Positions 45,113 through 55,454 of a stretch of DNA of 64,000 nucleotides are shown piece by piece. The notes beneath the pieces are model-generated. The model made no database searches. It saw only the letters and a list, made by a program, of their open reading frames with translations, and was not told the origin of the DNA. How positions within the stretch are numbered: position 1 is the first letter of the stretch; each line of letters begins with the position of its first letter. Origin of the DNA: Spirochaetota bacterium (GTDB lineage: Bacteria > Spirochaetota > UBA4802 > UBA5550); NCBI GenBank assembly GCA_963663865.1, contig OY760686.1, positions 2,688,001 through 2,752,000 of the forward strand, given 5' to 3'. The position numbers and the translations under genes are program-made.

Positions 45113-46354
45113 CTACTCTATATCACGGTCCCTGAATCCCATAAGGTAGAGGACAGCGTCAAGGCCTATTGTTGATATTGCGTGTTTTGCCGTCTCCTGG
45201 ACCTTCGGCTTTGCGTGAAAGGCAATACCGAGGCCCGCTATGTTAATCATCGGAAGGTCATTGGCCCCGTCGCCTATGGCGACCACCTGCTCAAGGTGAA
45301 TATCTTCTTTAAAAGCTATCTTTTTGAGCCACTCGGCCTTGGCCTCGCCGGTAACCACCTCTCCCAGGTAATTGCCGGTCAGCTTTCCGTCAACTATCTC
45401 AAGATCGTTGGCAAAGACGTAGTCAATGTCGAACTTTCTCTGAAGGTGTTTTCCAAAGTAGGTAAACCCGCCTGACAGAATCGCAGTCCTGAAACCGTAC
45501 TTTTTAAGGGTTTTAAACAGCCTTTCGGCCCCCTCAGTCACGGGGAGATTTTCAGCGATCTCCTGCATTACGCTTTCATCGAGCCCCTTGAGGAGCGAGA
45601 CCCTTTTAGCAAAGCTTTCCTTGAAGTCAATCTCACCGCGCATTGCCGACTCGGTTATGCGGTCAACCTCGTCTCCGACACCGGCCCTCTTCGCCAGCTC
45701 AACAATGACCTCTGTCTGAATAAGCGTGCTGTCCATATCAAAGCAGACAAGCCTTCTGTTTCTTCTGTAGATATTGTCGTACTGAAAGGCTATATCCGCC
45801 CCAACCTCTTTTGAAACATCAATAAAACTTCCGCGCATCTCGACTGTATCGCGGGGAGTCCCCCTGACAGAGAACTGGACGCAGGCCTTGCTTGACTTAT
45901 CGTCGGTCTCGGGTACTGAATCAAGCGGAACCCGGCCCGTCAGACGCGTTATTCCGTCGATATTGAGTCCCTGTTCGTATATTATCTCCGCGACTTTGGA
46001 AAGCTGGTGAGAGGTTATCTTCCTGCTGATAAGGGTTATAATGTACCTGTCCTTGCCCTGCAGCGAAACCCAGTGATTGTACCTTTTCTCGGTAATGGGA
46101 GTAAACTTGACTGAAACGCCGAGCTCATATCCCTTGAAGAGAATGTCCTTGAGAACAGGCGACGTCTCAGCGGCGCCCGAAAGCTCGAAGAGAATACCTA
46201 ATGAAAGATGATCGTGAATAACCGCCTGACCGATGTCGAGAATATTGACATCGTAGTCAGCCAGAACCGATGTAAGCGACGATGTGACACCGGGTCTATC
46301 GGCGCCGGATATACTCATCAATATAACTTCACGCCCTTTTGCCATAAACCTCAC
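45113..46354 (-). CDS. serB: Phosphoserine phosphatase with ACT domains
   Basis: FDMDSTLIQTEVI, LSGGF, GDGANDL. Confidence 0.95.
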   Translation of the reverse strand: MRFMAKGREVILMSISGADRPGVTSSLTSVLADYDVNILDIGQAVIHDHLSLGILFELSGAAETSPVLKDILFKGYELGVSVKFTPITEKRYNHWVSLQGKDRYIITLISRKITSHQLSKVAEIIYEQGLNIDGITRLTGRVPLDSVPETDDKSSKACVQFSVRGTPRDTVEMRGSFIDVSKEVGADIAFQYDNIYRRNRRLVCFDMDSTLIQTEVIVELAKRAGVGDEVDRITESAMRGEIDFKESFAKRVSLLKGLDESVMQEIAENLPVTEGAERLFKTLKKYGFRTAILSGGFTYFGKHLQRKFDIDYVFANDLEIVDGKLTGNYLGEVVTGEAKAEWLKKIAFKEDIHLEQVVAIGDGANDLPMINIAGLGIAFHAKPKVQETAKHAISTIGLDAVLYLMGFRDRDIE

Positions 46355-46396
46355 TCCATAAAAAGATGAGCAAGCCTAAAACTGTACGGACCTCTG

Positions 46397-47410
46397 TCAA
46401 GACTTTTGGCTCGTCTGAAGATTAATGCCTAACATCCCTGCTGCCCTCCTGACAAGCTCGGGATTATCTTCAGAGGTGGTCTTATGCAGGGCCTCTTCGC
46501 GGCTCATCGCACCGGCCCTTACTATGCCGGCATTTTCCCAGGCGTAAGGATGAAAACCGAACTCCCTTCGGTGCAGATGATTAGCCAGGGCGTTCAGAGT
46601 GCAGTTAGTGGAATTTGGATCCGTGTCGTCAGGCTTCTCCCAGCCGGCCCCGGTGATCTCTCTGAGAATATCGTCTTCTGAATAATCCATGAATGCGAGA
46701 GGATGAACATTGAGAGGCCACCTTTCAGGAGGTGCGCTCATCTCTTCCTCAGAGAGAAAGAGCCCGGCTGTCCGTGGTCCGCACTTTGAGACCAGCGGAT
46801 CGCGTATGCTTCTGTTCGAAAAGCTCTGAATGCCGGGACCCGTCTTCATAATTGATGAAGAAATAGGGGCCTGACCCGGCGACCATCCATAGGCTGCAAG
46901 CGGGATGCCGTACCTGATAGCCGCTCCGGTAACCAGAGACTTCACCATACCAATGCAGGCAGTACATATTGAACTGGCTCTGTCAAGTGTCTTGGGACTG
47001 AATATACCGCCCCCGGCGGCAGCCCGGAAAATGTCCGAAATCAGGGGAAAGGGCGGCCTGATTATCCACGAAACAGCGCCGGCCCTGTCAGTCATCTTCT
47101 TTATGTTATCAAGTGACTTACTGGAGAGGAAGCCGTTGTCAAATGTCAGCGCCAGAACACTCAGCCCGAACCTTTCAGTCAGCTTCATGAGGGTGTAAGT
47201 AGAGTCCTTGCCTCCGCTGTAGGCTATAACAGCGTCAAAACGCTGTTTCCCCCTGACTTCATCGGCAATTCTTTCGAACCTTTCGAGATACTCTTCCTTT
47301 TTGGCTTTATCGGGCTGTTGAGTATTCCGGCAGTAGTTGCACACTCCCTCTTTGTCGAATTCTATTCCGGGGAAGGTTTCAGGAAGAACGCATTTTTTAC
47401 AGTAAATCAT
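46397..47410 (-). CDS. PP-loop ATP pyrophosphatase, N-acetyl-sugar amidotransferase-like
   Basis: CKKCVLP...GVCNYC; YSGGKDS; ICTAC; STNC. Confidence 0.78.
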   Translation of the reverse strand: MIYCKKCVLPETFPGIEFDKEGVCNYCRNTQQPDKAKKEEYLERFERIADEVRGKQRFDAVIAYSGGKDSTYTLMKLTERFGLSVLALTFDNGFLSSKSLDNIKKMTDRAGAVSWIIRPPFPLISDIFRAAAGGGIFSPKTLDRASSICTACIGMVKSLVTGAAIRYGIPLAAYGWSPGQAPISSSIMKTGPGIQSFSNRSIRDPLVSKCGPRTAGLFLSEEEMSAPPERWPLNVHPLAFMDYSEDDILREITGAGWEKPDDTDPNSTNCTLNALANHLHRREFGFHPYAWENAGIVRAGAMSREEALHKTTSEDNPELVRRAAGMLGINLQTSQKS

Positions 47411-47414
47411 GACA

Positions 47415-47666
47415 TTACCCCTCAACGCCCTTCCGCCTCAGAAAAGCGGCAATCCGGTCTATACTGTCAAGGTTCTCAGGGACAAGCTCGTCATCCTCAA
47501 CGGTTATGGAGAACGTCTCCTCAAGAAACATCACAAGCTCAAGAACCCCCGTCGAATCAATGACGCCGCTCTCAATAAGGGAATCTTCCGGAGCAAGACC
47601 GGTATCGGTTCTCCCCGCGATAAAGTTTTCTCTTATAAACTTAAGGATATTTTCGCTAACAGACAT
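47415..47666 (-). CDS. Acyl carrier protein
   Basis: SLIESGVIDSTGVLELV (DS phosphopantetheine site), PENLDSI. Confidence 0.9.
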   Translation of the reverse strand: MSVSENILKFIRENFIAGRTDTGLAPEDSLIESGVIDSTGVLELVMFLEETFSITVEDDELVPENLDSIDRIAAFLRRKGVEG

Positions 47667-47687
47667 GAATTCCTCCGCAAATTGTAT

Positions 47688-49643
47688 TCAGATTTTATCA
47701 GAACGCGCAGCAACCGCTGCGCCTCTTGCCGCACCCGAGGCATGCATATAATAAAGCATCTGTGTTGATGATATCGCGGCCAGGGCCATATCGTCTCTCT
47801 CGCTTATGAGAGCATCGGGGTTTTCAGCCTTTCGAAGCAGATTGATCGCCGCAGCCTCCTCGAAAACACCCGCCGACCTGATATTCTCCTCTGAGCATGA
47901 TTCCCGGGCGCTCCCATCAAGGCCCGCAACAACGCCCGCTATCGGAGCCCTGTAGGGCTGCTTGCTTCTTGAACAAACCTCATCGGGAAGCATGCCCTCG
48001 AACGCCCTTTTTAAGATGTATTTTTCATTCAGAACGTTCAGCTTATATCGCGGGGGGATGGATGCGGCGTACTCGATTACCCTGTGGTCAAGGAAGGGAA
48101 AGCGGCCCTCGACCGAATGCCCCATAAGCACCCGGTCTCCCTGCGAAGACAGAAGATAACCCGGCAGAAAGAGTTTGCTTTCTATGTACTGCGCCCTGCA
48201 TAGCGGATTCCACCTGCTGATGTCAGGGCTTATATATGAGTCAAGCCTTTCCCGCTGAGCAGTATCACTGAGCAGCTCCCTTATTTCAGGCCTTAGAAAG
48301 TGCTTTATACTCGATGTATTCTTCCATCTTATCGTGTGGGAATAATAGGGATTGTCAGTGTCCTCAAGCCCATATTTGAAGAAAGACTGCCAGAAGCGGA
48401 AAACCCTCGGATCCCGCGTGATGTACGGATAAAGCGTCGAGAGAAGCTTGGGCCTCCTGTGCGATGACGGCACCTTCGCCCAGAACCGCCTTATGCAGTC
48501 CTCCTTGAAGATATTGTAGCCCCCGAAAATCTCATCGGCGCCCTCGCCCGTAAGAACTACTTTGAGGCCGTTTTCTCTCACCAGACCGGAGAGTAGGTAT
48601 AGCGGCGCGGGCGCGCTCCTGGTCAAAGGCCTCTCACCAAACCACACCGCCTCTTCAAACGCCCTTGCGGTGTCCTGCAGTGAGGCGCGAACCGAGCTGT
48701 GCTCAGTTTTCAGCATACCGGCCATGAGCTCCTGATATGAAGATTCGTCATATTCTGAATCATCAAAGGTCACGGAAAAAGTCCTGAGCCCGTTCCCCTT
48801 GATTCGCCCGGCAATCATAGATATTATGGATGAATCCAGACCCCCGCTCAGATATGAGGCAACCGGAACATCAGCCCTCAGCCTGACAGACACAGCATCG
48901 TAGATCAGCTCATTCAGCCCCGCAATGTAATTCTCGACAGGCGCGTCATCGTAGTTACCATCATCCGGAAATGTGAAATCCCAGTAACGGCGAGAGGCGG
49001 TTCCCCTGGGACTGACGGTGATGTGTCCTCCGGGCTCTACCTCCTGAACCACTTTATAAGGTGTCATGGGGGGGATATTGACCCACATTGTCAGTATATC
49101 CTCAAGCCCCTGTTCCGAAAATTCAGGACTGACGCTGCCCTCCGCGAAGAGAGCCTTCATCTCGGAAGCAAACACAATACCTTCAGGGACCTGAGCAAAA
49201 AAAAGCGGGACAATACCGACCCTGTCCCTTACGAGATGCAGCTCCCTTCTCATCGAATCCCACAGGGCAATCGCGAACTGTCCGTTCAGCTTATCCATAA
49301 AATAAGGTCCGTACTCCTCAAAGAGATGCACAATGACCTCAGTGTCGGATTTTGTTTTAAATACATGCCCCTTTTGAACAAGAAAGTCCCTGAGCTCAAT
49401 GTAGTTGAATATCTCTCCGTTGAAGACGACACAGACGGTTCCGTCCTCATTGTAAATCGGCTGGGTGCCGCCGCTGATATCTATAATTGAGAGGCGGCAG
49501 CTCCCCAGAGCAAGAGGGCCGTTTACGTGAAAGCCCGTCTCATCGGGTCCTCTATGCCTGAGTGACGCTATCATCGTCTCAACGGCTCCGTTTTGAGCCG
49601 GAGCCATTTTTCTATAGTTGTATATTCCTGCAATTCCGCACAT
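47688..49643 (-). CDS. asnB: Asparagine synthase (glutamine-hydrolysing)-family amidotransferase
   Basis: MCGIAG, HRGPD, RLSIID, NGEIFN, SGGLDSS, GEGADE. Confidence 0.92.
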   Translation of the reverse strand: MCGIAGIYNYRKMAPAQNGAVETMIASLRHRGPDETGFHVNGPLALGSCRLSIIDISGGTQPIYNEDGTVCVVFNGEIFNYIELRDFLVQKGHVFKTKSDTEVIVHLFEEYGPYFMDKLNGQFAIALWDSMRRELHLVRDRVGIVPLFFAQVPEGIVFASEMKALFAEGSVSPEFSEQGLEDILTMWVNIPPMTPYKVVQEVEPGGHITVSPRGTASRRYWDFTFPDDGNYDDAPVENYIAGLNELIYDAVSVRLRADVPVASYLSGGLDSSIISMIAGRIKGNGLRTFSVTFDDSEYDESSYQELMAGMLKTEHSSVRASLQDTARAFEEAVWFGERPLTRSAPAPLYLLSGLVRENGLKVVLTGEGADEIFGGYNIFKEDCIRRFWAKVPSSHRRPKLLSTLYPYITRDPRVFRFWQSFFKYGLEDTDNPYYSHTIRWKNTSSIKHFLRPEIRELLSDTAQRERLDSYISPDISRWNPLCRAQYIESKLFLPGYLLSSQGDRVLMGHSVEGRFPFLDHRVIEYAASIPPRYKLNVLNEKYILKRAFEGMLPDEVCSRSKQPYRAPIAGVVAGLDGSARESCSEENIRSAGVFEEAAAINLLRKAENPDALISERDDMALAAISSTQMLYYMHASGAARGAAVAARSDKI

Positions 49644-49886
49644 AAGCATCCACTTTACGGGTATTAAACCGGCTTTTCTTTCGGCTCATCGTCCTGAGAC
49701 AGGGCATGATTACACGCGAATTTCTTTCACCTCCCGGCCGGCATGTCAAGCTATCTTTATAAAAGAGCACTTTTCAGGATAATTTCACTTTACTCTGAAA
49801 TGTTCTTGAAAAAAAATATGATGCAGGGCATAATGAGTGTCTTATTATTTGAATAACCTCATATCTTTTTACCACACGGAGTCTTT

Positions 49887-50753
49887 ATGAAAGGAATTAT
49901 ACTTGCAGGAGGCAGGGCAACCCGCCTTTACCCCGTAACAAAAGCGGTAAGCAAGCAGCTTCTGCCTGTCTATGACAAGCCGATGATCTATTATCCCCTG
50001 TCCGTTCTCATGCTCTCAGGAATAAAAGAAATTCTTATTATATCAACGCCGGACGCGCTGCCGCTGTTCAGGCTCCTTCTCGGTGACGGTTCATGGCTCG
50101 GCATCTCAATCGAATACGCCGAGCAGGAATCCCCCAGGGGACTCGCGGACGCCTTCATCGTCGGCGAAAAGTTTATCGGCAGCTCGGCTGTCAGCCTGAT
50201 TCTTGGAGACAACCTGTTTTACGGCCAGAACCTCAGCGAGAAGCTGCAGAAGGCTGCATCATGCGAATCAGGCGCTTCCGTTTTCGGATACTTTGTACAC
50301 GATCCGGAAAGATACGGCGTTGTCGAGTTCGACGCTGAAGGCCGGGCAATCTCCATTGAAGAGAAGCCCTCTAAACCCAGGTCCAACTGGGCGGTAACCG
50401 GCCTTTACTTCTACGACAACCGCGTCGTCGACATAGCAAAGAACATTAAGCCCTCAGCGCGCGGCGAGATAGAGATCACAGATGTAAACAAAACATATCT
50501 TAACATGAATGAACTTATGGTGCACAGGCTCGGCCGCGGATACGCCTGGCTTGATACCGGAACTCACGACTCCCTCATTGACGCTGCTATGTTCATCAAG
50601 ACAATCGAATCAAGACAGGGGCTCAAGGTTGGCGCCATTGAAGAGATTGCCTTCAGAATGAATTACATAGATTCAGACCAGCTGATGAAAACAGCCGGGA
50701 ACGCCGACACGGAGTACGCCGCGTACCTGAGATCAATAGCAGGAGAAGCCTGA
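49887..50753 (+). CDS. rfbA: Glucose-1-phosphate thymidylyltransferase
   Basis: [37 protein letters not shown]. Confidence 0.97.
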   Translation: MKGIILAGGRATRLYPVTKAVSKQLLPVYDKPMIYYPLSVLMLSGIKEILIISTPDALPLFRLLLGDGSWLGISIEYAEQESPRGLADAFIVGEKFIGSSAVSLILGDNLFYGQNLSEKLQKAASCESGASVFGYFVHDPERYGVVEFDAEGRAISIEEKPSKPRSNWAVTGLYFYDNRVVDIAKNIKPSARGEIEITDVNKTYLNMNELMVHRLGRGYAWLDTGTHDSLIDAAMFIKTIESRQGLKVGAIEEIAFRMNYIDSDQLMKTAGNADTEYAAYLRSIAGEA

Positions 50754-50754
50754 A

Positions 50755-51324
50755 ATGCCCTTTAACTTTACGCCTTTAAATATACCTGACATTATGCTCA
50801 TTGAACCGAGGGTTTTCAGGGACGAACGGGGCTACTTTTTCGAGTCATTTAAAACCTCTGACTTTCACAGTGTAGGAATCGCCGGCACTCCCGTGCAGAT
50901 AAACCATTCAACGTCTTCCAGAGGGGTTATCCGCGGGCTGCACTATCAGAAAAACCCCCGTGCCCAGGCAAAGCTTGTAAGGGTAATATCAGGCAGCATA
51001 TTTGATGTCGGAGTCGATATAAGGGAGAACTCTCCTCACTACGGAAAGTGGGCAGGAGCGGAGCTGACAGCCGAGAACCGGAAAATGCTCTATCTTCCGA
51101 GAGGTTTCGCGCACGGCTTCTGTGTTCTTTCAGAAACAGCAGAGGTTGAATACTGCGTCTTCGGTGGCGAATATTCGCCCGATAACGACAGAGGCATCAT
51201 CTGGAACGACCCTGACATAGGCATTGACTGGCCGGAAGAAAACCCTGTCTTATCGCCGAAAGACTCGGCCTTACCAGCGCTTAAAAACGCTGAAAACAAC
51301 TTCATATACCTTAAAATTGACTGA
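50755..51324 (+). CDS. rfbC: dTDP-4-dehydrorhamnose 3,5-epimerase
   Basis: DERGYFFE, RGLHYQ, QAKLVRV, GFAHGF. Confidence 0.97.
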   Translation: MPFNFTPLNIPDIMLIEPRVFRDERGYFFESFKTSDFHSVGIAGTPVQINHSTSSRGVIRGLHYQKNPRAQAKLVRVISGSIFDVGVDIRENSPHYGKWAGAELTAENRKMLYLPRGFAHGFCVLSETAEVEYCVFGGEYSPDNDRGIIWNDPDIGIDWPEENPVLSPKDSALPALKNAENNFIYLKID

Positions 51325-51342
51325 TAATTACGGGAATTAATA

Positions 51343-52188
51343 ATGACCAGGAAAATACTCATAGCTGGGGCCGGCGGCCAGCTCGGAAAGGAATTTGCAG
51401 CCAGACTCAGTTCGGAAGGCTCAGACTTCGTTGCGCCTCCCGAAGGCGAGTTCAACATCACCAATCCCACAACCGCAGAAAACATGATAAAGAGTCACAG
51501 GCCTTCAGTGCTTATAAACTGCGCCGCTTTTAACGCCGTTGATGCCGCCGAAGACGATCCCGGCACAGCCATGCTCGTCAACAGAGACTCGGTCGGCTAC
51601 ATGGCCGAAGCGTGCAGAAAACACGGGGTATTCTTCGTCCACTACAGCACAGACTATGTCTTTGACGGAACAAAGCAGAACCTCTACCTTGAGGAAGACA
51701 AGCCTGCCCCCGTCAATGTTTACGGTAAAAGCAAGCACGAGGGAGAACAGAGAGCGGCGGAAGCACAGGACTGCCTCATATTACGCCTGTCCTGGGTGTA
51801 CGGGTCCGGAAAGCAGAACTTTCTGTACAAGCTCTCACAGTGGGCTGAAACTAATCCGGTCCTAAAGGTAAGTTCTGACGAGGCCTCAGTCCCAACATAC
51901 ACCGAAGACATCGTTACGGTCACGCTCAGGTCACTCGACAGAGGGCTCGGCGGGCTCTATCACCTTACAAACAGCGGTTACGCGTCAAGATACGAACTTG
52001 CCCGTTTCTATCTGAAACAGAGGGGACTGTCCACCCTCGTCATTCCGGTACCTATGGACTCCTTTGCGACAAGGGCACGAAGGGCGCCCTTCCTGGCCAT
52101 GTCAAACAGCAAAATATGCGCTGATGCCGCGATCGAGATTCCCTGCTGGGAAGATGCAGTCAGCAGATTTGTCAAAAAAAACGTCTGA
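51343..52188 (+). CDS. rfbD: dTDP-4-dehydrorhamnose reductase
   Basis: GAGGQLG, STDYVFDG, YGKSK. Confidence 0.96.
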   Translation: MTRKILIAGAGGQLGKEFAARLSSEGSDFVAPPEGEFNITNPTTAENMIKSHRPSVLINCAAFNAVDAAEDDPGTAMLVNRDSVGYMAEACRKHGVFFVHYSTDYVFDGTKQNLYLEEDKPAPVNVYGKSKHEGEQRAAEAQDCLILRLSWVYGSGKQNFLYKLSQWAETNPVLKVSSDEASVPTYTEDIVTVTLRSLDRGLGGLYHLTNSGYASRYELARFYLKQRGLSTLVIPVPMDSFATRARRAPFLAMSNSKICADAAIEIPCWEDAVSRFVKKNV

Positions 52189-52309
52189 CAGTCAGTACGC
52201 AATTCCAGGAGCCACACAAGCCAATGCTCTTAAAAGTATTGACTTTGGGCAGGCCGCGTATTCCAGTAAGTCTGCGTTCTGTTTATAATCTTGCTCATCC
52301 GGATTGATC

Positions 52310-53563
52310 ATGCTCAGTACAAATAATCTCGACGCTGAAGACCTGCTACTTCTGCAGCTGTTCTCACAACGGGCTGATGAATCGGCTGTCAGCACAATTG
52401 TCCATTCAGAGCGCTTCAGCGTGAAGCGTTTCATGTCCCTTGCCCGAAGACACCTTCTGGACGGGGAAGCGTCTGACGCTCTTTTAAGGCTGAAAATAAG
52501 GGATGGACTGCCTTTGAGCATTGAGAAGGCGTGCCTCAGAGAGGCCGCCCTTGCATCCGCAGCGGCCGTAAAGCTCAGGTACGAAACCCTTTCCGTTATG
52601 AGATTACTCACCGACAATGAATTAGAGTGCGCTGTCATGAAGGGGACGTCGCTTGACTTCTCCGGATTCCGCCGCGGGCGCGACATCGACATACTCATCA
52701 AACCTGAAGTCCTTGAAAGGGCCTCAGAACTTCTTTCTTCCGGAGGATTCAGCTCCGCTGGAGGACGCAGCAACCTCATGGTTACGAAATCCGAGATTGA
52801 CGATTTGCCCGGGCAGATGAAGTGGAACTGTCAGTTTCAGTTTGAACACCGGGAAGCAGGATATCTCGTCGAGCTTCACACCGGCCTATTCGAAAAATCA
52901 AGAATATACTCTGAGAGCCTGAAAAGCCTTCACAGCCATGAGAGCATGTTCCTCAAAGGAAGGGTGTTCGACGATGAATTGGGGACATGGCGTATGAACA
53001 ACGCGGATATGCTCTTTCTGATGTGCATGCATTCAGCCGTCAAAAGGCCCCCCTCTTCAGATGGATTTCTGCTGAGAAACACTGTTGATATTACAAGATT
53101 GGTTAATAAGCCATTTGACATGGAACGCTTCCTTGAGACCGTCAGGAAAACCGGAACTGCCTGCTATATCTTCTTTTCGCTCAAGCTTACCTCCATGCTT
53201 TTTAAAGGAAGCATTGATGAAAAATTACTCAGCTCCTTGAGAGAGATGACCCCCAGGCGCTGTACCGCAGCTAATTTTTTTCATTTCCGCTCATTCAAAA
53301 ACCTCTCCGGCAATTCGACCCTGTTCTCGAACATCTACCGGACACTGATTCCCCTCACCTCCGCCGCAGCTGGACCGGGAATGCTGAGAGCTCTTTTCCC
53401 TCCTCTCCTATTCCCGCGGCCTGTTGCTGTTTGCCAGGCCTTCAGATTAAGACTGTCAGGCATAACGCTCGCGGCCGGGTATCTGCTGTGGCCGCTGATG
53501 CTTCTTTGCAAGGGCGGCAAGCTTGTCTACAAAAAGCTCAATCATACAGGCAGGAGAAGCTGA
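52310..53563 (+). CDS. Nucleotidyltransferase (NTP_transf_5 family)
   Basis: VMKGTSL...RRGRDIDILI...VELH. Confidence 0.82.
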   Translation: MLSTNNLDAEDLLLLQLFSQRADESAVSTIVHSERFSVKRFMSLARRHLLDGEASDALLRLKIRDGLPLSIEKACLREAALASAAAVKLRYETLSVMRLLTDNELECAVMKGTSLDFSGFRRGRDIDILIKPEVLERASELLSSGGFSSAGGRSNLMVTKSEIDDLPGQMKWNCQFQFEHREAGYLVELHTGLFEKSRIYSESLKSLHSHESMFLKGRVFDDELGTWRMNNADMLFLMCMHSAVKRPPSSDGFLLRNTVDITRLVNKPFDMERFLETVRKTGTACYIFFSLKLTSMLFKGSIDEKLLSSLREMTPRRCTAANFFHFRSFKNLSGNSTLFSNIYRTLIPLTSAAAGPGMLRALFPPLLFPRPVAVCQAFRLRLSGITLAAGYLLWPLMLLCKGGKLVYKKLNHTGRRS

Positions 53564-53566
53564 ACA

Positions 53567-54847
53567 GTGAACATAAATGAAAAAAGCGCTGAATGGCTTG
53601 AGATGGTCAGCGGAGGGCATCCGGTCGGCCCGGTGAAAATGGAGGTTCTTAGCGGGAGCATGCATCCGGCAATACGCGCTGGTGACACTGTAGTAATTGA
53701 CACCTCAGAGAACCGAAGACCGCGTATCGGTGAGATCGCTGTTTTTGCCGAAAAAAGACAACTGACCGCCCACAGGGTTCTATTCACCCTGCCCGGACGT
53801 ATATACCAAAAAGGTGATAGAAACAGCTTCGGAAGATTTTCTGCGACAAAAAATGTCGCGGGCGTCATCACTGGTATTATGAAGCCTGACGGAACCCTGC
53901 TTGAACTTGAAGATTCCGGCCGTATTGCGGCCTTCAGAGAAACGCTGAAACTGCTTTATTCCCTTGCGACAGAACCGGCGAGGAAGCTCAAAAGACGCCT
54001 CTTCCCGCGTCCTCTGGTCATTCAGTGCGGCGGCATCAGGTTAGGGCTCATTGTACCGGGAAAGCAGCTTCTTTCTTTTATGTCTGATTATTACAGAGGA
54101 TTTATCGTGCCGGAAAACCCAACATTCACACTCAAAATCAGTATCCGCAGAAGAAGCGGATCATTTGAAATCCCGGACTCTCTTTTCAACACCAAGACAG
54201 TAAACTCCAGCACCTTCAGCGCGGGCGGACTTGTTGATGGAAAGCTCTGCCGGGACGGCAAAGGCGCCGTTATTTCGGTCCCTGCCGGGCTTTTTGTGAA
54301 ACCGGTCGTAAGGGTATTCGAACAAATACTGTATCAGGCGTACTTCAACGCGGCGGCATTGTCTGATGAAGAGTCCTTCCTTATACACGCCTGCGGGGTC
54401 GAAGACGATGGAAAAGGCTATCTCTTCTGCGGGCCTTCCGGTTCAGGAAAATCCACAACAGCTGCCCTTTCAGTACAGACCGGGAAAAAGGTGCTGAACG
54501 ACGAAATATGCCTCATAAGGCGGTTAGACGGCCGCCTTATGCTGTCTTCAACACCGTTCAACGGCCTTTTCAGAGACAAGTATCTTGCTGAAGTCCCTCT
54601 AAAGGCCGTCTTTTTAATCGCTCATGGAGCAACAAACATGATCGAAGATATAGCTGAAAGCCACGCGGTAAAATCATTAGCTCGTGAAATTGTTCCGCCC
54701 ATTGGGCTCACGGAGAAAATCAGGCCGGCAACCTTTACCGGTATGCTTGATACGGCACAGAAGCTGACCAGAGAGATTCCGGTTAAGCGGCTGCGCTTCA
54801 GGCCGGACGCTTCGTTCTGGAAAACAATATCTGAACACTTTTCATAA
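53567..54847 (+). CDS. Fusion of S24/S26 peptidase-like domain and HPr-kinase-related P-loop kinase
   Basis: SGSMHPAIRAGDTV...AHRV..KGD; IHACGV...LFCGPSGSGKSTT...LNDE. Confidence 0.8.
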   Translation: MNINEKSAEWLEMVSGGHPVGPVKMEVLSGSMHPAIRAGDTVVIDTSENRRPRIGEIAVFAEKRQLTAHRVLFTLPGRIYQKGDRNSFGRFSATKNVAGVITGIMKPDGTLLELEDSGRIAAFRETLKLLYSLATEPARKLKRRLFPRPLVIQCGGIRLGLIVPGKQLLSFMSDYYRGFIVPENPTFTLKISIRRRSGSFEIPDSLFNTKTVNSSTFSAGGLVDGKLCRDGKGAVISVPAGLFVKPVVRVFEQILYQAYFNAAALSDEESFLIHACGVEDDGKGYLFCGPSGSGKSTTAALSVQTGKKVLNDEICLIRRLDGRLMLSSTPFNGLFRDKYLAEVPLKAVFLIAHGATNMIEDIAESHAVKSLAREIVPPIGLTEKIRPATFTGMLDTAQKLTREIPVKRLRFRPDASFWKTISEHFS

Positions 54848-54860
54848 GGAGACAACAGCA

Positions 54861-55136
54861 ATGGAAATCAGTAACAAAAAGAGACCTCATAGTGTGGAAG
54901 GAATTACCGTAAAAGAAATCGGCGGCGAAACAATAATAGTTACTGACGAAGGGAACTGGATGCACACCCTCGACACAACCGCATCATTTATCTGGAAGCT
55001 CATCGAAGAGGGACGTGAATCTACTGATATTGCCCTCCTGGTGGCTGATAGATACAGCATCCCCGAGGAAAGAGCGTCATCTGACGTCCACGAATTTCTG
55101 GAGGAACTGCGCAAGAAGGGCCTCATTCATTTCTGA
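54861..55136 (+). CDS. PqqD-family / RiPP recognition element (RRE)
   Basis: EIGGETII...HTLDTTASFIWKLI...DVHEFLEELRKKGLI. Confidence 0.9.
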   Translation: MEISNKKRPHSVEGITVKEIGGETIIVTDEGNWMHTLDTTASFIWKLIEEGRESTDIALLVADRYSIPEERASSDVHEFLEELRKKGLIHF

Positions 55137-55169
55137 ACAGGCCCTGTATCTCAGTCTCTTAACGGCAGG

Positions 55170-55337
55170 CTACCTTCTTCCGAAGAAAGAAAAGAGCCAG
55201 CCCCAGAAACCGCCCATTCCGCCCCAGCCATGTCCATGATGACCGCCGTTTCCGCTGCCGCCCTGACCTCCGTAGCACCCGAAAACACCTATCGAAACCC
55301 TCTCTGAAAGAATTGACGGCTTACTATACTCAAGCAT
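55170..55337 (-). CDS. Putative RiPP-like precursor peptide (55 aa)
   Basis: AGGGAG RBS; MLEYSKPSILSERVSIGVFG-CYGGQGGSGNGGHHGHGWGGMGGFWGWLFSFFGRR; YxxP leader motif; adjacent to RRE gene. Confidence 0.72.
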   Translation of the reverse strand: MLEYSKPSILSERVSIGVFGCYGGQGGSGNGGHHGHGWGGMGGFWGWLFSFFGRR

Positions 55338-55390
55338 ATCGCTCTCCCTGTGAAATAATATGGCATAACCCTTCACAACCTGCCAGATTC

Positions 55391-55419
55391 ATCTTAAGTA
55401 CAATTTCGGGGGAAATCAA
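55391..55419 (-). promoter_or_regulatory. Putative sigma70 promoter of the peptide gene
   Basis: TTGATT-N17-TAAGAT. Confidence 0.55.
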
Positions 55420-55454
55420 AATTTTTTTGTGCTTTTTTAAAAAAAAGCGATAGA

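Noticed and set aside
47688-49643. AsnB as a lasso-peptide cyclase
   Set aside because: Intact MCGI Ntn glutaminase domain; the candidate core lacks Asp/Glu; no B2 protease nearby.
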